This document shows, in pieces, positions 7,752 to 13,682 of a DNA stretch of 27,652 nucleotides (position 1 is the stretch's first letter; every line of letters starts with the position of its first letter). A model generated the notes under the pieces. The model did no database searches, had not been told where the DNA came from, and saw only the letters and a program-made list of their open reading frames with translations. The DNA is from a virus (lineage: Duplodnaviria; Caudoviricetes). A program made the position numbers and the translations under genes. The DNA lies in IMG/VR virus record IMGVR_UViG_3300020043_005149, positions 1 through 27,652 of that record; one strand, 5' to 3'.

Positions 7752-7880
7752 TTAGATTTTGGAGGGTTTAGCGGTTAATGAGGGCTCACCTTTTTTAGTA
7801 TGAGCGGTAATTAACTGATAAGAGGGATTGAATTGTTCTGCAATGGTTTTCCAATCGGTAACATCTCTACCTTTTGAACC
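7752..7880 (-). pseudogene. 5'-truncated gene fragment (...SKGRDVTDWKTIAEQFNPSYQLITAHTKKGEPSLTAKPSKI*)
   Basis: The frame is open 7934->7752 but has no in-frame ATG, GTG or TTG. The 3' part looks protein-like and its stop is coupled to the next SD. Confidence 0.5.
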
Positions 7881-7882
7881 AT

Positions 7883-7946
7883 AAACGAGGCAGGAGAAGG
7901 GATAACTCTTTTCAGTTTGGGAGCAACCCCAAACCTAGCCGTGTTT
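7883..7946 (+). ncRNA. Structured RNA element, three-way junction, family unassigned
   Basis: P1 AAACGAGGCAG(G)/(C)CTAGCCGTGTTT; P2 GAGAAGGG-ATAA-CTCTTTTC; P3 GTTTGGG-AGCAAC-CCCAAAC. The G-U pairs in P2 favour the + strand. Confidence 0.5.
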
Positions 7947-7960
7947 CAAATTAATATAAC

Positions 7961-8158
7961 CTATTTTTGACTACGCTTCAAGTTCTTGTAGTTGGTAGTC
8001 GAATGCCCTATGTGGAAAAACGCACAATGAGGGCATTTGTAGATTTGAAAAGAATGATCTCTTTTCTTGTTGATTGTAGAGTCAGCAACAGTGAATGTAG
8101 GAAAAGGGTGCTTCCCGATGCACTGGATAACAGGATCGTACTTGTCAGTTGTTTTCAT
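7961..8158 (-). CDS. Small Zn-finger-like protein
   Basis: C..K..F...YKCPHCAFFHIGH. Confidence 0.7.
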   Translation of the reverse strand: MKTTDKYDPVIQCIGKHPFPTFTVADSTINKKRDHSFQIYKCPHCAFFHIGHSTTNYKNLKRSQK

Positions 8159-8334
8159 TGGTACATCCCAATTATGTTTATTGGTCGTTCCACATGAAGC
8201 TCCAATGCTCTAGCTATTAAACCAACCATGGCAGCATCTCGGTCACCAGGGTGATTGTTGTAAGTTATAACTAAATTGTAGGCATAAGCAAGGAGTGCTT
8301 CAGCACAGGCTTGTTCGGATTGTTCGATGTTCAT
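8155..8334 (-). CDS. Hypothetical protein (59 aa, MNIEQSEQACAEALLAYAY...), possibly leaderless
   Basis: Stop overlaps the next ATG (ATGA); no SD; directly follows an AT-rich divergent region. Confidence 0.65.
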   Translation of the reverse strand: MNIEQSEQACAEALLAYAYNLVITYNNHPGDRDAAMVGLIARALELHVERPINIIGMYQ

Positions 8335-8425
8335 GCTCAGAATATTAGTGTTGTTTTTTTGTCTGTCTATTAGGGTTTATCCTAATACAAATAATCTTTT
8401 AGCCATGGCACATTAGTGGCTCTAA
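8335..8425. promoter_or_regulatory. Divergent promoter region with palindrome TATTAGG-GTTTAT-CCTAATA (8368-8387)
   Basis: Lies between divergent operons. The minus strand shows TAGACA-N16-TAATAT overlapping the palindrome. Confidence 0.55.
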
Positions 8426-8436
8426 AGGAGAAAGTA

Positions 8437-8637
8437 ATGGCAACACTAAACGGCAGAAAAGTTATCGACATTGAAGTAGATGGTGTCGATAGTAGGGATT
8501 ATCCCGATTTCGCAGATGCGTACTTCAGTTACGCTTGCTACGAAGATGGCACAAAACTTACTGATGAGGAACTAGTCAAACTAGCCGATCAGAATGGTGA
8601 TGTACTCTTTGACAAAGCATACGATTCACTTCACTAA
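8437..8637 (+). CDS. Small acidic hypothetical protein (IEVDGVDSRDYPDFADAY)
   Basis: AAGGAGAAAGTAATG start context. Confidence 0.8.
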   Translation: MATLNGRKVIDIEVDGVDSRDYPDFADAYFSYACYEDGTKLTDEELVKLADQNGDVLFDKAYDSLH

Positions 8638-8649
8638 GGAGAAAGTAAA

Positions 8650-8823
8650 ATGACAAACTCAATGGAAATTGAAATCACAAAAGTTTTAGATATAGAAATT
8701 ACTTCTATAGAAGAAAGAACTTTAGGAAGCTACAGAGAAATTTTTATTGAATCAGCAAATGGTAATTTAAGAATTAAACTGTACGCAAACAATGACCCAG
8801 CAGAAATCAAAGTTTTAATTTAA
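8650..8823 (+). CDS. Hypothetical protein (57 aa, MTNSMEIEITKVLD...)
   Basis: TAAGGAGAAAGTAAAATG start; AT-rich. Not in the ORF track. Confidence 0.75.
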   Translation: MTNSMEIEITKVLDIEITSIEERTLGSYREIFIESANGNLRIKLYANNDPAEIKVLI

Positions 8824-8833
8824 GGAGAAAGTA

Positions 8834-9004
8834 ATGAACACACACGCCCTCAAATATGTACGTCAGTTATTCCAAACATATGACGCACCCCCCCAAACAA
8901 TTCGTAGCTATCAGCGTCAATGGATTCGTTCTATCCGATATCTTGGCGACAATTGGTTGTTGGCTAAGAAAGTAGAAAAACTTGAAACTCCAAAGCCTAA
9001 TTGA
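8834..9004 (+). CDS. Hypothetical protein (56 aa, ...YQRQWIRSIRYLGDNWLLAK)
   Basis: TAAGGAGAAAGTAATG start. Not in the ORF track. Confidence 0.75.
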   Translation: MNTHALKYVRQLFQTYDAPPQTIRSYQRQWIRSIRYLGDNWLLAKKVEKLETPKPN

Positions 9005-9020
9005 TCGACAGGGGGACCTC

Positions 9021-9218
9021 GTGAACAATTACATCATTGAGTACAAAGAAGAGTACGCTTACACCAAGTACTGCCCATATTGCGTCCAACCTAAAGGACA
9101 AAAGTTTGTCTGTTGTGGTGAGATGGATTGGGTAGATTTCAAAGACCTTGATGACAACACTCAACTAGAGATCATCAAGGAAGAATATGACAATGCATTC
9201 AAAAACCACAAGGTATAA
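9021..9218 (+). CDS. Small Cys-containing protein (YCPYC...CCGE)
   Basis: GTG 9021 follows GGGGGA. Confidence 0.7.
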   Translation: MNNYIIEYKEEYAYTKYCPYCVQPKGQKFVCCGEMDWVDFKDLDDNTQLEIIKEEYDNAFKNHKV

Positions 9219-9219
9219 C

Positions 9220-9789
9220 ATGACAGTAAATGACCTGCTCAAACTGAACGTAAACGAGCATACAGAGAAAAAAGGCAACCTGACATACCTGTCATGGGCT
9301 TGGGCATGGGATCAAGCTCTCAGGGCTGACCCACAAGCTCATTTCCAAGTACAGATGTTTGGTGACAAGTGCTATACAGAGATCAATGGCACTTACATGG
9401 TCTGGGTAACAGTTACTATGTTTGGCAAACCAATGACCTGCCAATTGCCTGTCATGGACCATCGCAACAAAGCCATTGTTGGAGCAGATGCATTTCAAGT
9501 AAACACTGCCATCATGCGTTGCATGACAAAGGCTTTAAGCCTTCATGGGCTAGGTCTGTACATCTATGCGGGTGAAGACCTGCCAGAGCTTGATACAGGG
9601 ATTATTGATGCAGTAGTTGCTGCCATCAAAGAGAGATACGATGCTGGTGATGAAGCTGGTATGTATGGCGAATGGGAATCTATTACAGATAACGAAGTTC
9701 GCATTAGGGTTTGGGATACGCTCAAGCCTGATAGTAAGGTAAGGTCTGCCATTAAGGCATACAAAGAAAAAATGAAGGAAAGTACATGA
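9220..9789 (+). CDS. Single-strand annealing protein, Sak/DUF1071 family
   Basis: NVNEHTEKKGNLTYLSWAWAW, LPVMDHRNKAI, NTAIMRCMTKA and HGLGLYIYAGEDLP. Confidence 0.88.
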   Translation: MTVNDLLKLNVNEHTEKKGNLTYLSWAWAWDQALRADPQAHFQVQMFGDKCYTEINGTYMVWVTVTMFGKPMTCQLPVMDHRNKAIVGADAFQVNTAIMRCMTKALSLHGLGLYIYAGEDLPELDTGIIDAVVAAIKERYDAGDEAGMYGEWESITDNEVRIRVWDTLKPDSKVRSAIKAYKEKMKEST

Positions 9790-10049
9790 AACGCTTAGAC
9801 GCAATTGCAACAGTGGGTGAATACAAAGACCCAAAAACAGGTGACATTAAGAAACGCTATTCCAAATGCGGTTCAGTGTTCATTAATGACGAGGGTAACA
9901 TCTCATTCAAAATGGACACCATGCCTGTTGGTGGATGGGATGGATGGATTAACGCTCGTGAGCCATTTGATGGTGACAAGCCTGTTCGTCAAAGCAATAC
10001 CCCCACCCGAAAAACTAAGAGTGATTTTGATGAAGATGTCCCTTTTTAA
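9786..10049 (+). CDS. Phage single-stranded DNA-binding protein
   Basis: Follows Sak; short OB-like body and acidic DFDEDVPF tail. Confidence 0.75.
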   Translation: MKRLDAIATVGEYKDPKTGDIKKRYSKCGSVFINDEGNISFKMDTMPVGGWDGWINAREPFDGDKPVRQSNTPTRKTKSDFDEDVPF

Positions 10050-10058
10050 GGAATTAAT

Positions 10059-10220
10059 ATGAAAAAAACAATTATTGGTATTTATTTGGCAACTGTTGCA
10101 TCAATGGTTTGGGCTTCATGCACAACCCATACGATTATGAGTGGTGGCAAGATAGTTACTTGCACAACTTGTTGTTATGGCGAGGGAGCTTTTAGGTCCT
10201 GCAATACAACTTGTTTTTAA
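10059..10220 (+). CDS. Small secreted Cys-rich protein (53 aa)
   Basis: MKKTIIGIYLATVASMVWA signal peptide followed by SCTTHT...CTTCCYGEGAFRSCNTTCF; TAAGGA SD. Confidence 0.7.
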   Translation: MKKTIIGIYLATVASMVWASCTTHTIMSGGKIVTCTTCCYGEGAFRSCNTTCF

Positions 10221-10226
10221 GTAAAC

Positions 10227-10289
10227 GAGGGGAAAGCGGATGCTATGCGGTAATTCTGCCGGACGAACATAGACGTAGCGAGTACCCTC
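10227..10289 (+). ncRNA. Structured intergenic RNA hairpin with loop-E-like motif
   Basis: GAGGG/CCCTC closing stem, GAA/AGUA internal loop, CTATG/CATAG stem and CGGTA-ATTC-TGCCG apical hairpin. Confidence 0.5.
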
Positions 10290-10307
10290 ACCTAATAGGA
10301 GAAAGTA

Positions 10308-10598
10308 ATGATTAATTTATTTAAGTTGTTCCGCAAAGATGCTAAAGACACTTCAGTAGAAGCCGCCAAAAGCATCATGCTTGCCCTGCCAAACATTGAG
10401 GGGGCAGTCTATGAATATGCAGCCATGCGAGGCAGTAAAGGCTTCACAGACGATCAGATGAATGAGCATTTTCAAACCCACAAATCTACTTACAGAGCCA
10501 GGCGTTCTACTTTGGTAGAAAGAGGGTTTATTGAAGATTCAGGCATTCGGGTAAAGGGTCCTAATGGACGCAATATGACTGTCTGGAGGATAGTATGA
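10308..10598 (+). CDS. Winged-helix DNA-binding protein
   Basis: DTSVEAA...GFTDDQM...STYRARRSTLVERGFIEDSG...GRNMTVW. Confidence 0.75.
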   Translation: MINLFKLFRKDAKDTSVEAAKSIMLALPNIEGAVYEYAAMRGSKGFTDDQMNEHFQTHKSTYRARRSTLVERGFIEDSGIRVKGPNGRNMTVWRIV

Positions 10599-10804
10599 GA
10601 TTTCTAATGGACTTGTTCTCAGGTAATGTCTACAACAAAACCGACAATATGATGATTAACCAAGATGGTGATGTGTTTAACAGGGTTGGTGACAACTACA
10701 TTGGTGATGATGGAACACTGATTACCAAGATTGGTAGCGACTACCTTAATACCAAAACTGGAATGATGTCTAGCTTTGGTGACCCATTTTCAAAGGATGA
10801 TTAA
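10595..10804 (+). CDS. Hypothetical protein with short beta-hairpin-like repeats
   Basis: Coupled ORF; QDGDVFNRVGDNY / DDGTLITKIGSDY repeats. Confidence 0.7.
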   Translation: MRFLMDLFSGNVYNKTDNMMINQDGDVFNRVGDNYIGDDGTLITKIGSDYLNTKTGMMSSFGDPFSKDD

Positions 10805-11112
10805 TGAGCTATGCAGATATAGAAATGAAAGTAATTCAGTGGGGGGAAGCTCGTGGCATTGTCCAGAACAGTACACCCTATGCTCAAGCATTGAAAACCC
10901 AAGAAGAATTATTGGAATTGTTTACCGCAATATCAAATAATGACAGGGAAGAAATCAAAGATGCCTATGGCGACATCCTAGTTACATTGGTAATGGGATG
11001 TGCCTGTGCAGATCTTGACCTAGTAACCTGCTTTGAGGGGGCCTATCAAGAAATTAAGAACCGAAAAGGGTTTCTTAATAAAGAAGGCATTTTTGTCAAA
11101 GAATTAGCTTAA
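10804..11112 (+). CDS. MazG-like nucleotide pyrophosphohydrolase
   Basis: QALKTQEELLEL, IKDAYGDILVTL and AYQEIKNRKG...GIFVKE. Confidence 0.85.
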   Translation: MSYADIEMKVIQWGEARGIVQNSTPYAQALKTQEELLELFTAISNNDREEIKDAYGDILVTLVMGCACADLDLVTCFEGAYQEIKNRKGFLNKEGIFVKELA

Positions 11113-11607
11113 AAACAATTCTCGTTCGGCTTGTCTGCGTTTAACTAAACCTTTTACTTCTTTGCCACCCGCTTTTGTCCACATCATAAAAGCATGAGCG
11201 GCTTCATCCCATTCACCACGATTGACCTTCATGCGAATGGTTGATCGTTGGTAATTTCCTAGCCCAGCGTTGTACGCAAAAGAGACAACAGCGTCGAATT
11301 TGCTTTGATGACTAGCAAGATTAGGAGAAAGTCGAAGAACACCACGTTCAAAAGAATTGATGTCCATCTTGAATAAATCGACCAGTTCCTCTTTCGACCA
11401 TACACGATTGTCTTCCCCTTTAAGTTGGTAATCAGATCTGATAAGCCCCGTATAACCCTCTTTACGCACGTTTGGAAGGTTTAGTTGGTCGCTATACATA
11501 GCGTGGCCCCAACCCACTGTCCAAATCGCAGCACTGCACCGATACGGGCGTGTTCTGTAGCCTTCAAAGAAGTGCATCAGATGTTCGCCTTTTTCGCTGA
11601 TTTTCAT
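11104..11607 (-). CDS. Endolysin, GH24 lysozyme
   Basis: E-X8-C-X5-T triad (EGYRTRPYRCSAAIWT), FDAVVSFAYNAG and GLVKRRQAERELF. Confidence 0.93.
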   Translation of the reverse strand: MKISEKGEHLMHFFEGYRTRPYRCSAAIWTVGWGHAMYSDQLNLPNVRKEGYTGLIRSDYQLKGEDNRVWSKEELVDLFKMDINSFERGVLRLSPNLASHQSKFDAVVSFAYNAGLGNYQRSTIRMKVNRGEWDEAAHAFMMWTKAGGKEVKGLVKRRQAERELFLS

Positions 11608-12107
11608 TTCTTAGCCCAACCTCTTGAGCCAAACCAGAAACCAATAATTCCACCCAACATTGCCATCTCATCAGTAGAAAAAATGATATCTGACAAGCGA
11701 ATCAAATCATCTACACTCATTACCAAACTAGGGCGAGAGTAGATGTAGTAGGCAATCCAAGCATTGATGGCACACAACTCAAACACAAAGATGTAAGTTA
11801 CTGTAGGTCTAACAGTACCGACATAATTAGCAACCCATTGAGAAGCTTTTTCTAAAACCTTTTCATCGTGTTTTAAAGCCGCTTCAGTCATCTGTGCTTC
11901 AGACTGCATAGCAATCTGGTCTGTGCGAATCTCTTCCATTCGTTCTTGGGCAGCAAAGCCTTGAGCCATCATCTGAAGTTGCATTTGAACTTGAATGTTA
12001 GCCAAAGCTAATTCATGCTTTTGGTCTGCCTTATTTTGGAAGAATTCTAGTAGTTTTGGTAAACCCGAAATAAGTAAACCGCCAAGTGTTGAAAAAAGGG
12101 AAAGCAT
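11604..12107 (-). CDS. Holin-like membrane protein (3TM holin type)
   Basis: VRPTVTY...IIGFWFGSR; adjacent to the lysozyme. Confidence 0.7.
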   Translation of the reverse strand: MLSLFSTLGGLLISGLPKLLEFFQNKADQKHELALANIQVQMQLQMMAQGFAAQERMEEIRTDQIAMQSEAQMTEAALKHDEKVLEKASQWVANYVGTVRPTVTYIFVFELCAINAWIAYYIYSRPSLVMSVDDLIRLSDIIFSTDEMAMLGGIIGFWFGSRGWAKK

Positions 12108-12109
12108 TG

Positions 12110-12391
12110 TTAATCCTTACAAGATTTTGATTTGTCTTCATTTTGCATGAGTTTGATACCAGACAGGAACCCAATCATGCCTCCGATAAGAGTAGAAAAA
12201 GCAGGTGAAATCATTTTAAAAATCTCTGCGTTGTCTACTTCTTTTGCCCATAAGCCCAACATAAAACTAATCACCATGGCCAATACAGAGAGACATAGGG
12301 TCGTGCTTACCATTAAAGTTACCCACAATGTCAACTTTTCTTTGGTGTCTGGTATTGGTTGTTTGGGTTTGCGTATTGGTTTGCTTGTCAT
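12110..12391 (-). CDS. Two-TM membrane protein of the lysis region
   Basis: Two hydrophobic helices. Confidence 0.7.
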   Translation of the reverse strand: MTSKPIRKPKQPIPDTKEKLTLWVTLMVSTTLCLSVLAMVISFMLGLWAKEVDNAEIFKMISPAFSTLIGGMIGFLSGIKLMQNEDKSKSCKD

Positions 12392-12397
12392 ATGCCC

Positions 12398-12637
12398 TCA
12401 TACAAAAATCTGAAATCTTCTACGATTTTCAAACATACCCAACTCAATGGTGTTTTGTCTAGCTTTTTTATCGTAAAGCTCAACTTCTAATTCAAGAGTT
12501 TGTTTCTCAATTTTATTGGCTTTCAAAGCTTGTTTGTACTCTTCTTGAACACGCTCTACAGCCTTTTCAAAAGAAACAGATTTAACATCATATTGAGCTG
12601 GGTAAACCATGGGATACCACTTGTCCAAGGTAATCAT
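12398..12637 (-). CDS. Hypothetical coiled-coil protein
   Basis: Coupled ORF in the late operon. Confidence 0.65.
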   Translation of the reverse strand: MITLDKWYPMVYPAQYDVKSVSFEKAVERVQEEYKQALKANKIEKQTLELEVELYDKKARQNTIELGMFENRRRFQIFV

Positions 12638-12912
12638 TTCTTTTCCCTCTCCACCGCACGGGCGTAGTAATAAAGAACTTTACCTCGCAATTCAGCACTA
12701 TCTGCAACACCTGCCCACATAGCCAAGTTGTTCCATATTGCAACTAACTGTTCAGATGAACAATTATCTCCATTTGTTGTTAACCATCTAGATAATTGTG
12801 AATGCCTAAGGCCAGGATCACCAAGCCAACTAATTCCATAAAAATCTGAAATGGTACATGGAGACTTTGCATTTACTAGAAGGACAAATGGAATTAACAG
12901 TAGCCATCTCAC
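12634..12912 (-). CDS. Putative exported protein (MRWLLLIPFVLLVNAKSPC...)
   Basis: GTG 12912 overlaps the upstream stop; signal-peptide-like N-terminus. Confidence 0.6.
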   Translation of the reverse strand: MRWLLLIPFVLLVNAKSPCTISDFYGISWLGDPGLRHSQLSRWLTTNGDNCSSEQLVAIWNNLAMWAGVADSAELRGKVLYYYARAVEREKK

Positions 12913-13001
12913 GACATAGCCCAAATGATGATGTAAAAACACCAAATGACAGTAATACTAAAAAGGACTGCGCTTGTAAAAGCAACAGCCCAATCTTTCA
13001 T
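12909..13001 (-). CDS. Small single-TM protein (30 aa, MKDWAVAFTSAVLFSITVIWCFYIIIWAMS)
   Basis: Start and stop overlap both neighbours. Confidence 0.55.
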   Translation of the reverse strand: MKDWAVAFTSAVLFSITVIWCFYIIIWAMS

Positions 13002-13288
13002 TTTTTGTTTCTAGCAGAAATATTCTTTGCTTTTGATTTTGCATCAGCCTTAGAAGATGCACCCCAAGCTTTTAATGACAACAACAAACGAGTTGGTTTG
13101 CCATCCTTATATTCAGGTCCTGCCATGTTTCCCATACGAGCCAAGAAACTAGCCCTTCTAGGATTGTCACCAGATTTAACCGGAGCTTTAAGATTCATGC
13201 CTTCAGCTTTAGCACTAGCTCTACCTTTGGCATTTAATCCACCTTTAGGATTCTTACCCTCAGATCTTTGCCATGCGGGGGACTTCAT
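12998..13288 (-). CDS. Basic hypothetical protein (DUF6321-like)
   Basis: AWQRSEGKNPKGGLNAKGRAS...RRASFLARM...LSLKAWG. Confidence 0.8.
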   Translation of the reverse strand: MKSPAWQRSEGKNPKGGLNAKGRASAKAEGMNLKAPVKSGDNPRRASFLARMGNMAGPEYKDGKPTRLLLSLKAWGASSKADAKSKAKNISARNKK

Positions 13289-13443
13289 CAGTATCCCTTT
13301 TTGGCAGTCTTTGCAGACTTAGTAAAGTCTTTTTTGGTAGGCGCACCCTTAGTGCCAGGCTTTCTCATCTTCTCGCCTGAACCTTCAGCGATACGTTTTT
13401 TCTTTGCATGGATGTTGGCATACAAGCCAGCTTTAGTAGCCAT
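13288..13443 (-). CDS. Small very basic protein (51 aa, MATKAGLYANIHAKKKRIAEGSGEKMRKPG...)
   Basis: TAAGGA SD; coupled stop. Not in the ORF track. Confidence 0.75.
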   Translation of the reverse strand: MATKAGLYANIHAKKKRIAEGSGEKMRKPGTKGAPTKKDFTKSAKTAKKGY

Positions 13444-13452
13444 AATAAATCC

Positions 13453-13680
13453 TTAAAAATGAGATTTAAAGTTCTGCCATGCAATCACTGCAGCAGTAAA
13501 CAATCCACCAATCCAAAGTAATGGCCTTGCAAGCTTCCCAAGCATTTCTAAAACAGTAAATGCACCCTGTGCCGCATTAAAAGCGTTCACGACATTTTCT
13601 GTATTCTTTTCAATACGATCTACTTTTTCTTCCACCTTAATAAGGCGTTCAAATATTTGAGCGTGTGATACTTCAGACAT
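13453..13680 (-). CDS. Coiled-coil protein with C-terminal TM helix (XhlA/holin-like)
   Basis: ERLIKVEEKVDRIE followed by a hydrophobic C-terminus; GAGG SD. Confidence 0.7.
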   Translation of the reverse strand: MSEVSHAQIFERLIKVEEKVDRIEKNTENVVNAFNAAQGAFTVLEMLGKLARPLLWIGGLFTAAVIAWQNFKSHF

Positions 13681-13682
13681 AT

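Noticed and set aside
7883-7946. Hammerhead ribozyme or tRNA
   Set aside because: There is no CUGANGA/GAAA core in the right geometry and no T-loop or cloverleaf.
11323-11332. Sixth copy of the AGGAGAAAGT motif
   Set aside because: It is a partial match antisense within the lysozyme gene with no following start codon, so probably chance.
12398-12912. Rz/Rz1 spanin pair
   Set aside because: No clear lipobox or N-terminal TM plus coiled-coil i-spanin could be identified with confidence.
12858-13322. 154-aa + strand ORF, and other antisense track ORFs (e.g. 61-462, 4997-5455, 22561-22893, 23391-23780)
   Set aside because: They are shadows of well-supported opposite-strand genes, with no convincing RBS or motifs.
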